From contig CAYTCJ010000001.1 of assembly GCA_964436545.1 (NCBI GenBank), forward strand, positions 78,392-142,391: a stretch of 64,000 nt of DNA, written 5' to 3'. A model generated the notes under the pieces. The model made no database searches. It saw only the letters and a program-made list of their open reading frames with translations, and was not told the origin of the DNA. The stretch comes from an uncultured Candidatus Saccharibacteria bacterium. Lineage in GTDB: Bacteria; Patescibacteriota; Doudnabacteria; UBA920. A program made the translations under genes and the position numbers. Shown here piece by piece: positions 26,571-36,041 of this stretch. Each line of letters opens with the position of its first letter. The stretch's first letter is position 1.

Positions 26571-27542
26571 TTGACCAAAATTGACAAAAATTATCAGCAC
26601 ACACCAGTTTTATTAAATGAGGTGTTGGAGTATTTAAACCCCAAGCCGGGACAAAATTTTGTAGATGCAACTTTAGGCGGAGGCGGATATAGTTTGGCCA
26701 TTTTGGATAAAATATTACCGAATGGCAAACTTCTCGCAATTGATTTGGATAAAGATGCGATTAAAAATTTTCAATTTACAATTTCCAATTTTCAAATAAA
26801 AAATCAGGCATTAATCACACTGCATCACGGGAACTTTAAAGATATAGATGAAATTTTAAAGAGTGAGAATTTTCCTAAACCTGACGGGATTGTGGCGGAT
26901 ATTGGGTTATCTTCTTACCAGTTAGACCAAGCCGGCAGAGGGATTAGTTTTCAGAAACAGGAAGAATTAGATATGCGGTTTAACTCCCACACTCCGGGGT
27001 TAACTGCCAAAGAGATTTTAAATAATTATTCGGAAACCGACTTAAGAAAAATTTTTGAAGATTATGGAGAAGAAAAGTTTAGCAGACAAATTGCCCGAAA
27101 GGTGTATGAGTTAAGAGGTAAGGGTCAAGCATTAAATACCACGGCGCAATTGTATCAATTGATTCAAGAAGCTTTGCCCAAACCCTATAAACACAAAGCC
27201 GACAGTAGCGCCAGGCGGATTTTCCAAGCTTTAAGGATAGCGGTAAATGGAGAATTGGAAAATTTGGCGGTTTTTTTACCCCAAGCGTTTAAGGCTTTAA
27301 CACCTGGGGGCAGGTTGGCAATTGTGAGTTTTCACTCTTTGGAAGACCGAATAGTTAAACAGTTTTTTGCCGGGTTGGCTAAAGGCTGTGTGTGTCCGCC
27401 CGAGTTTCCGGTATGCGTGTGCCACCAAAAGCCGGCAGGTAAAATTTTAACCAAACAGCCCATAGTGGCGGGCGATGCCGAAATCTTGCAGAATTCTCGC
27501 AGTCAATCGGCCAAATTAAGAGTAGTGGAAAAACTTATTTAA
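26571..27542 (+). CDS. rsmH: 16S rRNA m4C1402 methyltransferase
   Basis: HTPVLL, DATLGGGG, LDMR, FQALRIAVN, FHSLEDRIVK. Confidence 0.97.
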   Translation: MTKIDKNYQHTPVLLNEVLEYLNPKPGQNFVDATLGGGGYSLAILDKILPNGKLLAIDLDKDAIKNFQFTISNFQIKNQALITLHHGNFKDIDEILKSENFPKPDGIVADIGLSSYQLDQAGRGISFQKQEELDMRFNSHTPGLTAKEILNNYSETDLRKIFEDYGEEKFSRQIARKVYELRGKGQALNTTAQLYQLIQEALPKPYKHKADSSARRIFQALRIAVNGELENLAVFLPQAFKALTPGGRLAIVSFHSLEDRIVKQFFAGLAKGCVCPPEFPVCVCHQKPAGKILTKQPIVAGDAEILQNSRSQSAKLRVVEKLI

Positions 27543-27579
27543 AAAATAAAAACATAAAATCAAAAATTAATTATCCTCT

Positions 27580-27936
27580 ATGTTAAAAGAATTCGCTTTA
27601 CCTTCCAGTTTGGTCCAATCTAAAAATTTTCACGGTTTTAAACTTGAGACTCGTTTGGCTCCGGCTAAAATAATTGCCGGAGTGTTAATTGCTCTCAATG
27701 CAGTGCTCTTAATTTCTTACATTGTGGGGGTGAATTTACGAGCTTCCAGCGGGTATGAAATAAAAAGTTTGCAAACGCAAATTAATAATTTAAACCAAGC
27801 TAACAAAAAATTGAATTTAGAAATTGCGGAAAAAAGCTCGGTGGCAAATTTGGAAATGGAACTCTCTAACCGCGGGTTTGTGCCGGTAAAAACCGCAATT
27901 TTCTTAGAAGCCACTCATGGCTACACCATGCGATAA
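27580..27936 (+). CDS. FtsL-like cell division protein
   Basis: TM helix plus coiled coil, located between rsmH and ftsI. Confidence 0.7.
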   Translation: MLKEFALPSSLVQSKNFHGFKLETRLAPAKIIAGVLIALNAVLLISYIVGVNLRASSGYEIKSLQTQINNLNQANKKLNLEIAEKSSVANLEMELSNRGFVPVKTAIFLEATHGYTMR

Positions 27937-27938
27937 TT

Positions 27939-29672
27939 ATGGGCAGAACGTTTAGTAAACCTCCGGATAATTTTTTTAAAAGAACAGCCTTGGTGTCTGT
28001 TTTTTTCTTATTGGCGTTTGTGGTAATTGCCGGCCGATTGTTTTTTTTACAGGTGGTAAATGGGAAAGCCGCCCGCTTGTTGGCGGAAGATCAGCACAGT
28101 ATTTTTACCAAACTGTTAGCCACTCGCGGGGAAATTAAAATTACCGATAAATTTTCTCAAGGTCCCATAATTGTTGCCACCAATATTAAAAAACCTTTGG
28201 TGTATGCGGTGCCGGGCGCCATTGTTAACCCCGAGGCCACGGCTATAAAACTGAGCGGGATTTTAAAAATGGATGAAAAGGAAATTTTAGCCAAGTTTGC
28301 CGATGTTAAACGCAAGTATGTGCCCATTAAAAAACAGTTAACCGAAGCGCAAGCGCGCGCCATTAAAGACTTAAAATTGAGTGGAATTAATTTTGATACC
28401 GAAGATATTCGCGTGTATCCGGAAAACAGCTTGTTGTCCCAGACTTTGGGTTTTGTGGGTTATAAAGAGCAAACAAAAGAAGGCTTGTATGGTTTGGAAA
28501 AATATTTTGAAACCGAGTTAGCCGGGAAAAACGGGCAAATTTTTCAGGAGGCGGGCGCAAAGGGAGCGTGGGTGTTTGGTGCAGCGCGGGAATTAACTCC
28601 ACCGGTAGACGGCATGAACTTAATTTTAAGCATAGACAAATCCATTCAGTTTAAAGCGGAAACTGTGCTTAAAACAGCGGTTAAGAAACACGGGGCCGAT
28701 GCCGGCAGTGTAATTGTGGCTGACCCCAAAACCGGACAAATTTTAGCTCTGGCCGGATACCCGGATTTTAACCCCAATGAATACAACAAAGAAGAAAACC
28801 CTAAAACCTATTTAAACCAAACGGTAACCGGCGTGTATGAGCCGGGGAGTGTGTTTAAGCCTTTAACTATGGCGTTCGCCATAAACGAAAACAAAATTAC
28901 TCCGAGCACCACTTATGTAGATACCGGCAAAGTGGAAATTGACGGGTACGAAATCAAAAATTCCGATTTAAAAGCTCATGGCAAACAAACCATGACCGAA
29001 GCTTTGGAAAAATCTTTAAATACCGGATTAATTTTTGCCAAAGAACAAATTGGCAACCAAAAATTTTACGAATACGTGCAAAAATTTGGTTTTGGCAAAC
29101 CCACGAACATTGAACTCTCGGAACAAAAAGGCAACTTGGATAATTTAAAAGCCAACATTAAAGTAAATTTTCATACCGCCAGTTTTGGGCAGGGGATTTC
29201 GGTAACCCCCATTCAACTCATTCAGGCTTATACGGCCATTACCAATGGCGGAAAAATGTTAAAGCCCACGTTATTAAAAGCCAAAATTTGGCCCGATGGT
29301 AAAACCGAAGTGGTTAACCCAAAAGTTATTGGCGAGGTAATTAATGAGAAAACCGCCAATATGGTTTCTGCTATGATGGTCAACGTGGTGGAAAACGGGC
29401 ATGGTAAACGCGCCGGAGTTAAGGGCTACTACATTGCGGGAAAAACCGGCACAGCGCAAGTGTCCAAAAAAGACGGCAAAGGTTACGAAGCCGATTTAAC
29501 CATTGGTTCGTTTATTGGGTTTGGGCCGGTGGAAGACCCCAAATTTTTAATGTTAGTGAGAATTGACCACCCCAAAGATGTCACTTTTGCGGAAAGCACA
29601 GCAGCGCCGGTGTTTGGCGAAATTGCCGAGTTTATTTTGCATTATTTAAACATCCCACCCACTCGGCCTTAG
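27939..29672 (+). CDS. ftsI: Class B penicillin-binding protein
   Basis: EPGSVFK, SLN, KTGTAQ; dcw context. Confidence 0.9.
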   Translation: MGRTFSKPPDNFFKRTALVSVFFLLAFVVIAGRLFFLQVVNGKAARLLAEDQHSIFTKLLATRGEIKITDKFSQGPIIVATNIKKPLVYAVPGAIVNPEATAIKLSGILKMDEKEILAKFADVKRKYVPIKKQLTEAQARAIKDLKLSGINFDTEDIRVYPENSLLSQTLGFVGYKEQTKEGLYGLEKYFETELAGKNGQIFQEAGAKGAWVFGAARELTPPVDGMNLILSIDKSIQFKAETVLKTAVKKHGADAGSVIVADPKTGQILALAGYPDFNPNEYNKEENPKTYLNQTVTGVYEPGSVFKPLTMAFAINENKITPSTTYVDTGKVEIDGYEIKNSDLKAHGKQTMTEALEKSLNTGLIFAKEQIGNQKFYEYVQKFGFGKPTNIELSEQKGNLDNLKANIKVNFHTASFGQGISVTPIQLIQAYTAITNGGKMLKPTLLKAKIWPDGKTEVVNPKVIGEVINEKTANMVSAMMVNVVENGHGKRAGVKGYYIAGKTGTAQVSKKDGKGYEADLTIGSFIGFGPVEDPKFLMLVRIDHPKDVTFAESTAAPVFGEIAEFILHYLNIPPTRP

Positions 29673-29727
29673 CTAGGTTTATTAGCCTTGCGAGATTAGT
29701 AAAAATTCGGTAAGATAGGTAAATTAT

Positions 29728-30732
29728 ATGTCCAAAATTATGTCTAAAACTCAAGTGAATGTAGAACTGCACAGTCATTTAGGGAGCGCGGTGCATCCGT
29801 CTATTTTATGGTCCATTGCACACAGGCAAGGCATAAAACTGCCCACTAAAAATTATTGGGAGTTTGAAGACATGATCACCATGTCCGGCACAGAGAAAAA
29901 TAAAAATTTAGTAGAAATGGATAGACGGTTTTTTCACTGGACCGAACTAATTCAATCTTCGCCTGAAGCCATAGAAGAATCGGTCAAGTCTACCATTGGC
30001 GGAGGCTACCGCAAATGTAATATTGTAGTACACGAACTCCGGTTTAACCCCATGAAGCGTAACCGAGGCGGAGAGCGGGATTTGGACCACATAATTATGT
30101 CCGCAGTGTGGGGTATGGATAAAGCGGTGCTGGAATATCCTCAAGTAAAAGCGGGCATTATTTTAATGATGGATAGGACTTTAGATTTCGCGCAAAACGA
30201 AATTATTATTAAAAAAGCCATTAAGTATAAAGCTAAAGGCATTATTGGTGTAGATTTAGCTGGACCAAACCGCAAAACTTTTAGCATGCAAAAACATGCG
30301 GAGTTGTTTGCTTTGGCGAGACGTGCGGGTTTGGGGATTACAGTGCATACCGGAGAAGAAGCGCAATTGGCGGAAATGCGGTATGTGGTAAAAGCAATTA
30401 AGCCCGACCGAATCGGCCACGGGATTCAGTGTCATAAAGATAAAGCGCTTATGGCCGAAGTGGTGAAAAATAACATCACGTTGGAAATTTGTCCGACTTC
30501 TAATTTAAGAAACAGCGTGATTAAAGACAGTAATCAAATGAAAACCGCGCTCAAGACTTTACTGACGAACAAGGTAAAATTTACCATCAATACCGATGGT
30601 CCGGAAATGTATAAATCCAATATTTTAGACGAGCAAGAGTTTTTGCTCCAACAGAAAATTTTAAGCCCACAGGAACTTGCCCAAACCATTGCTTGGGCCA
30701 AGGAAGCGAGTTTTGTTAAACAGGAGCACTAA
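29728..30732 (+). CDS. Adenosine/adenine deaminase family protein
   Basis: ELHSHLG, HTGE, RIGHG, CPTSN, NTD. Confidence 0.9.
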   Translation: MSKIMSKTQVNVELHSHLGSAVHPSILWSIAHRQGIKLPTKNYWEFEDMITMSGTEKNKNLVEMDRRFFHWTELIQSSPEAIEESVKSTIGGGYRKCNIVVHELRFNPMKRNRGGERDLDHIIMSAVWGMDKAVLEYPQVKAGIILMMDRTLDFAQNEIIIKKAIKYKAKGIIGVDLAGPNRKTFSMQKHAELFALARRAGLGITVHTGEEAQLAEMRYVVKAIKPDRIGHGIQCHKDKALMAEVVKNNITLEICPTSNLRNSVIKDSNQMKTALKTLLTNKVKFTINTDGPEMYKSNILDEQEFLLQQKILSPQELAQTIAWAKEASFVKQEH

Positions 30733-31624
30733 CTGCGGTTAAATTTTTTGCCGGTTTGGTTAGTAAGTAAATCCCCAAACAAATGGGGAATAAAGATAAA
30801 ATTTGCCAGTAAGTTGGAGATTGGTTTAAAATCAAGTAAGAAAAAATTAGTGTAAAAAAGGGCGTAATGCTGTTTAAGGCCGTGGCTTTGGTAATGCTTA
30901 ACCTGTGGATGCCTTCTATCCATAACATTTTGGTAAGGCCAAAGTGCAGTATGCCATTAAACAACAGCAAAAAAATAACCGGTTTTACGGAGGAATTGGC
31001 CACAGACTCAAATTGGTTTACCAAGAGAAGTAAAAAAGGTAAAGCTAAAACGGTGCGTAAGAATAAAATTATTTCGCTGGAGGCGATTTTTCTTAATTTT
31101 TGCTGGTAAAAATTGCCCACCGGCGCACACATGGTTGCCAATAGAATAAAACTATCTCCCAAGTTAATGGTTAAATTTTTGGGAAATAAAATAATTAGCG
31201 CACCCACCAGCATAGCCATGGCGCCATATAAATGCGTCCGCGATAAAAATTGTTTTTTCCAAAGGTTAAGAAAAATATAACTGAATAAAATTTCCAATAA
31301 CACGATAATGCTGGCATTGCCCGGGGTGGTATGTTTGAGTCCCAAATAATAAAGCGCATAGTAACCAAAGCCAATAAAAAGGGTAACGTAAAGACTTTCC
31401 ACCCACACTTGTTTTTGCCACACTTGATGCCATCGGTGTCTAAAACTAATTAGTCCGGCGAAAAAACCGGCAGAAATTATATAGGTAAGCACCAAAGAGA
31501 AAAAAGTGGGTAAACTGTTAAAAGTAATGGTGGCAAAAATGGGGAAAAAGCTGGCAATTACACTTTTGCTCATAATTGCCAGTTCGCCTTTATGGTTTTC
31601 CGAAGTAAAAGGGTGTTTAAACAT
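30716..31624 (-). CDS. DMT/EamA-family transporter
   Basis: About 10 TM helices in two repeats. Confidence 0.85.
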   Translation of the reverse strand: MFKHPFTSENHKGELAIMSKSVIASFFPIFATITFNSLPTFFSLVLTYIISAGFFAGLISFRHRWHQVWQKQVWVESLYVTLFIGFGYYALYYLGLKHTTPGNASIIVLLEILFSYIFLNLWKKQFLSRTHLYGAMAMLVGALIILFPKNLTINLGDSFILLATMCAPVGNFYQQKLRKIASSEIILFLRTVLALPFLLLLVNQFESVANSSVKPVIFLLLFNGILHFGLTKMLWIEGIHRLSITKATALNSITPFFTLIFSYLILNQSPTYWQILSLFPICLGIYLLTKPAKNLTAVSAPV

Positions 31625-31730
31625 TATTAAATTATAGCATATCTAACTCTTTTCTTTTTTTGGGTTTTATTTTATAATATGTTAGTATTTGTTTAGGATT
31701 TGAGGTTTTAGAGTTTAAATTTTTGGATTT

Positions 31731-31814
31731 TGGGGGTGTCGCTCCGACCGTCGCTTTAAGCTATGGCGGACAGGCAAGTGGTAAGGCATCCCGATGGAAT
31801 CGGGACATACCGTA
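31731..31814 (+). pseudogene. Disrupted 5' copy of tRNA-Gln
   Basis: GGGGTGTCGC + 32-nt insert + CAAGTGGTAAGGCA identical to the tRNA at 31866; anticodon arm replaced; no T arm or acceptor 3' strand. Confidence 0.75.
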
Positions 31815-31865
31815 CTGGAGTTTATTTAATCAGCATGATCTTTAATATATTTTTTTAAAAATGAT

Positions 31866-31940
31866 TGGGGTGTCGCCAAGTGGTAAGGCAGCGCCCTTTG
31901 GAGGCGCCATCCGTAGGTTCGAATCCTACCACCCCAGCCA
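31866..31940 (+). tRNA. tRNA-Gln(TTG)
   Basis: Cloverleaf; anticodon arm GCGCC-CTTTGGA-GGCGC; GGTTCGAATCC; encoded CCA. Confidence 0.96.
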
Positions 31941-32161
31941 TTTTTAAAAAAATAGATGTTTACAATCTATTTTAAAAGCTTGTAGTCACTTTTTGTTTTG
32001 GAATAATTTCAATATCAAAATTTATAATTTTAAAAAGCGGAGCATTTATTACAAGGCTTCGAATTTTTATTTGAAAATTTTTATTAGTAGATTACATGGC
32101 GGAGTAATTTGTTATATGGCAATTTGGAATAATCCATAATGGAATACTATCATATAAGTAT

Positions 32162-32383
32162 ATGCCGAGAGCAATTTATCAAGATGAGCATAAAAATATC
32201 GTTGAGCGTTTGAAAAAAGCGCGTTTTGAAGCCGGTATGGGGCAAATTGAAGTAGCAAAAAAACTTGGAAGAACTCAGTCTTATATTTCTAAAATTGAAT
32301 CAGGTCAAAGACGATTTGATATTTTGCAACTCAAAGAGTTTGCAAAACTTTATAAAAAAACCCTAGATTACTTTGTAAAATAA
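32162..32383 (+). CDS. XRE-family HTH regulator (probable R-M controller protein)
   Basis: QIEVAKKLGRTQSYISKIESG; directly upstream of the REase; palindrome TCCATAATGGA at 32133-32143. Confidence 0.85.
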   Translation: MPRAIYQDEHKNIVERLKKARFEAGMGQIEVAKKLGRTQSYISKIESGQRRFDILQLKEFAKLYKKTLDYFVK

Positions 32384-32384
32384 T

Positions 32385-32957
32385 ATGCAAATTTTAGAAC
32401 ATAAAGCAAAAGTGTTTGGTTTGGAATGTAAGCTTGAGCTTTTGCATTTTGATAAAAATGATAGTAAGGAATGGAAGAGGATTTTTGACATTTGGAAAGA
32501 GCTTAAATTAGGGTTAAGAAAATATAAGTCTAGAGAACCTAATATGCCAGAAGGATTATCAGAAGTAGCTTTTTGTCTTTGGTCTGGCTCGGCTCGGTAC
32601 GTAAAACTTAAAGGCTCTAAAAAAGGAATTGCAGGCTCATTTGATACATTTGATTTAAAAAATAATAAAGCTCAACAGATAAAGGCTTGTAGTATTGAGT
32701 TTGATTTAACTTCGTTTGGACCAAAATCAAAATGGGATGATTTATATTTTATAGATTTTTATAATGACGGAAAAGTAGACGGTAAGTTTGATGTATATTT
32801 AATCTCAAATAAATACATTAAGAATCAATCACTCAACAAAAATGAGTTTTTTACCGATCAACAGAAACAAAAGAGAAGACCGCGTTTTGGAATTAAAAAA
32901 GAGATTATTCAAAAATATAGAATTAAGCCTTTGGCAACAAAAGTAAAAGTTTGGTAA
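32385..32957 (+). CDS. Type II restriction endonuclease, Bsp6I-like (predicted GCNGC)
   Basis: NMPEGLSE, QIKACS..DLTSFGP..WDDLYF, QQ..KRRPRF recalled as Bsp6I-family motifs; convergent with the C5-MTase. Confidence 0.8.
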   Translation: MQILEHKAKVFGLECKLELLHFDKNDSKEWKRIFDIWKELKLGLRKYKSREPNMPEGLSEVAFCLWSGSARYVKLKGSKKGIAGSFDTFDLKNNKAQQIKACSIEFDLTSFGPKSKWDDLYFIDFYNDGKVDGKFDVYLISNKYIKNQSLNKNEFFTDQQKQKRRPRFGIKKEIIQKYRIKPLATKVKVW

Positions 32958-34535
32958 TTAATCCAGTGCTTTCATTATTTGTTTTGCCAAAGCTTCGATG
33001 ACTGGAACACTCACAGAATTTCCTGCTTGTTTATATAAGGCAGAATCTGAAATTTTTGGCAGAACATAATCTTTCGGAAAACCTTGAATTCTAAAACATT
33101 CCAAAGGGGTTAATTTTCGAATCCCTTTTTTATCAATAATTATTGGAACATTATGTCCGCCCATTCCCATATTTGCAGTTAATGTTGGGCAAACACCACT
33201 TTTGTTTTCTCTTACATACTGCCTGCGCCATTGGTAGACTTTACCTTCCTCTTTTACATAATTTTTTAGCTTTTCAAATAATGGTTTGTTATTATAATAA
33301 TATTTTACTGGGACATCTTTCTCTAGTAAATCAGTAATTTTAGTATTTAATCTAACTGGACTAGGAAATTCAAATTTGTCTGAATAAATCTTATTTTTAA
33401 AACCTACAATATATATCCTTTCTCGATTTTGAGGGATATTTCCATATTCCATAGTGTTTAAAACCTTAATTTTTATATAGTAGCCTAAGCTTTGTAATGT
33501 CTCCCCAATAATTTTAAATGTTTTGCCTCCGTCATGACTCTTTAAGTTTTTTACATTTTCCAAAAGAAAACCTGCTGGTTTTCTAGCTTCTAAAATTCTT
33601 GCAATATCAAAAAATAAGTTCCCTCTTCCTTTTTCATCATTAAATCCTTGCCTATAACCTGCAATAGAAAAAGCCTGACAAGGAAAACCACCTAACAGAA
33701 AATCAAATTTTGGTAAATCATCAATTCCAATTTTTCTGATATCTTCAATAACTAGTTTTGTATCTTTAAAATTTAGATCATAAGTATCCTTGCATTGTGG
33801 TTCAAAATCATTTGCGAAAACAGTTTTAAATCCGGCATTTTCAAAACCGAGTCTAATTCCTCCCACTCCAGCAAATAAATCAATTGTTTTAAAATCAAAA
33901 TTGGTTTTTTTCGTTTCTATTTCCCCTGATGTATTATTTGGATTACTAATGACTTGAATGACAACGCCTCTGACTTCAACATCAGCTCGAAATAATGTAG
34001 GCATGTTTGGATTTCTTGGTTCTAAATTAAAGCCCTTTCCTTTTCTGTAAAGTTTTTTTAGTGTAGCTTGATTATCGTCGATAATAGCAACAACTGTTTG
34101 GCCATTTTCAGCCACTGATTGATGTTTAATTATTACAACATCACCATCAAAAATTCCATCGTTAATCATAGAATTTCCTACGACTCGGAGTGCGTAATAA
34201 CCCTCCGATGTTTTTATTTGGGGGTTAATTACCGATATGGATCCATTGCGTTCTTCAATTGCCGGTAGGGGATAGCCCGCTCTAATATTGCCAATTATTG
34301 GGATTTCAATTATTGATTTTATTTGTTTTTTTAGTGTTAAACTTCTTGCAGAATTTTGGGATTTGGCAAGATAACCTTTAATTTTTAACGAATTAATATG
34401 TTCGTGGATAGTGGAAACTGCTTTAAGTCTTAATTTTTTTCGTATTTCTTCAATTGTTGGCGAAATACCGTTTTCAGCGATGTAGGTATTTATAAAATCA
34501 AAGACTTGTTTTTGTTTTTTAGTAAGGGATAGCAT
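32958..34535 (-). CDS. LexA repressor fused to C5-cytosine DNA methyltransferase (M.Bsp6I-like)
   Basis: N-term: LTKKQ wHTH, RAG cleavage site, GNSM, TLKK. C-term: FAGVGG, GFPCQ, ENV, QNRER, YQWRR.YVRENKS..CPTLTANMG, YKQAGNSV. Confidence 0.93.
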   Translation of the reverse strand: MLSLTKKQKQVFDFINTYIAENGISPTIEEIRKKLRLKAVSTIHEHINSLKIKGYLAKSQNSARSLTLKKQIKSIIEIPIIGNIRAGYPLPAIEERNGSISVINPQIKTSEGYYALRVVGNSMINDGIFDGDVVIIKHQSVAENGQTVVAIIDDNQATLKKLYRKGKGFNLEPRNPNMPTLFRADVEVRGVVIQVISNPNNTSGEIETKKTNFDFKTIDLFAGVGGIRLGFENAGFKTVFANDFEPQCKDTYDLNFKDTKLVIEDIRKIGIDDLPKFDFLLGGFPCQAFSIAGYRQGFNDEKGRGNLFFDIARILEARKPAGFLLENVKNLKSHDGGKTFKIIGETLQSLGYYIKIKVLNTMEYGNIPQNRERIYIVGFKNKIYSDKFEFPSPVRLNTKITDLLEKDVPVKYYYNNKPLFEKLKNYVKEEGKVYQWRRQYVRENKSGVCPTLTANMGMGGHNVPIIIDKKGIRKLTPLECFRIQGFPKDYVLPKISDSALYKQAGNSVSVPVIEALAKQIMKALD

Positions 34536-34568
34536 TTTAATTAAATTAGTAATTATTTAACTATATTA

Positions 34569-34597
34569 ATAATAACCGAATAAAAGCCGAAAAGCAA
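34569..34597 (-). promoter_or_regulatory. lexA-MTase promoter with TTCGG-N6-TTCGG direct-repeat operator
   Basis: Minus strand reads TTGCTT-ttcggcttttattcggt(17)-TATTAT. Confidence 0.65.
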
Positions 34598-34714
34598 AGC
34601 AAGTTGTCCACAAAGTTTTTTTAATACAGGAGAATATTGTAATAATCTAAAGAATATAATAAACTAGAAATACTTACTCAAATGGCTAAGTTGTAAATAA
34701 TTTAATATTTTCTT

Positions 34715-34987
34715 ATGAAAATTGTGGTAAAGGCTAAGACCGGGCAAAAAACAGAAGCCGTTTTGGCGCCTCCCTTAACCTTATTTAAACCTACTCCCAC
34801 CGCTTTAGAAACTTACATTGTTAAAACCAAAGCTAGGCCCATTGGCGGTAAAGCCAACGAAGCCATTGTTCAATTATTAGCCCAACATTTTAAAGTGCCC
34901 AAAACTTCCGTAGTGTTGGTGTTGGGGGCTCATGCCAAGCAGAAAGTTTTTGAAATTAATTTAGGACATTCATACCGCCACCCTTAA
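34715..34987 (+). CDS. DUF167 (YggU-like) protein
   Basis: ARPIGGKANEAIVQLLAQHFKV. Confidence 0.85.
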   Translation: MKIVVKAKTGQKTEAVLAPPLTLFKPTPTALETYIVKTKARPIGGKANEAIVQLLAQHFKVPKTSVVLVLGAHAKQKVFEINLGHSYRHP

Positions 34988-35044
34988 GACGGGCAGAATC
35001 TGAACTTTAAGACCAAATCAAGCTCTTGTCGTTCTTGATCAAAT

Positions 35045-35560
35045 ATGAATGTCCTAAGGTATGTTAATATGACTTATTTATTTTCCATTACCGCGGGTAT
35101 GTGCATAAGTTATTTGGCTTTGCATTGGGTGTTTGCGACTTTTTTTAAAAGTCGTCTGGTACCCTCTACCCAAAGTCCTTTTTCTCTAATTTCTTTAGGG
35201 ATAATTGTGCTACTTAGTTTGGCAAGTTATGCGCTGGCTGGCTGGGTTTCTAACCCGGAATTAAGCAACCGTTTATTGCATATGCTAGGCGGGGGCTTTT
35301 TAGCTATGGCAACTTGTTTTTTGGTGGTGCGCGACAGCCGGTTTATTGTTAGCCGAACCCAATTTTTACTACTGAGTTTTTTGGTAGTTATGGCTCTGGG
35401 GGTGGGGAATGAAATAGTGGAATTTGTTCTGCAAAATTATTTTTATTGGAAGTTTGCGCAAACCGTAAACGATACTTGGTTAGATTTAGTAAGTAATCTG
35501 CTGGGTGCTTTGGCCGGCGGGGTAGTGTTTACACCTTGGGTAAAAAAACAGCTACATTAA
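35045..35560 (+). CDS. Membrane protein
   Basis: Five TM helices; H..GG, NEIVEF, DTWLDL..N motifs. Confidence 0.7.
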   Translation: MNVLRYVNMTYLFSITAGMCISYLALHWVFATFFKSRLVPSTQSPFSLISLGIIVLLSLASYALAGWVSNPELSNRLLHMLGGGFLAMATCFLVVRDSRFIVSRTQFLLLSFLVVMALGVGNEIVEFVLQNYFYWKFAQTVNDTWLDLVSNLLGALAGGVVFTPWVKKQLH

Positions 35561-35574
35561 CTCCATACTCTTAA

Positions 35575-35871
35575 ATGCTAAAAATTAATTTTACCGCAAA
35601 GGTGTGGTTATATAACGGGCACAGTGCTTGGCACTTTATTAGCCTGCCCAAAACCTTGTCCGCAAAAATTAAAAAACTTTTTTTGGGTCTGGAAAGAGGT
35701 TGGGGTTCTTTGCCGGTTAAAGTCACGCTGGGGGAGAGTGTGTGGCAAACCTCCATTTTTCCGGACAAAAAAACCAACAGCTATTTATTGCCCCTGAAAG
35801 CCGGCATCCGGAAAACAGCCCACCTAAAAGTTGCAGATAAAGTAAAAGTCAGCTTGGAAATTTTAGTGTAA
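35575..35871 (+). CDS. DUF1905 protein
   Basis: WHFISLP, GWGSLPVKVT, WQTSIFP, YLLPLKA. Confidence 0.85.
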   Translation: MLKINFTAKVWLYNGHSAWHFISLPKTLSAKIKKLFLGLERGWGSLPVKVTLGESVWQTSIFPDKKTNSYLLPLKAGIRKTAHLKVADKVKVSLEILV

Positions 35872-35887
35872 TTAAACTTCCTTTTTA

Positions 35888-35939
35888 CCCTCCTTCCTTT
35901 GTGGTCTTATTCGCGCGAATAAGACCACAAAGGGGGAGG
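35888..35939. repeat. Perfect 38-bp palindrome (35896-35933) inside a CCCTCC..GGGGAGG hairpin
   Basis: CCTTTGTGGTCTTATTCGC|GCGAATAAGACCACAAAGG. Confidence 0.85.
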
Positions 35940-36041
35940 TTTTAAGTAAAATGAGGCGGGCTGAGACACAAAATTTACAGTTTCGTTAATTTTTGTTATA
36001 TTTAAATCGCCGAATATTATTTAAATATTAGCTGAGCAACC

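Noticed and set aside
26133-26600. Long antisense or alternate-frame ORFs (also 22903-23391, 53557-53937, 54103-54573, 9156-9521)
   Set aside because: They overlap well-supported genes and have no recognisable motifs.
31941-34700. Intact integrative element or prophage at tRNA-Gln
   Set aside because: No integrase and no downstream duplicate of the tRNA 3' end found; only a low-GC R-M island is supported.
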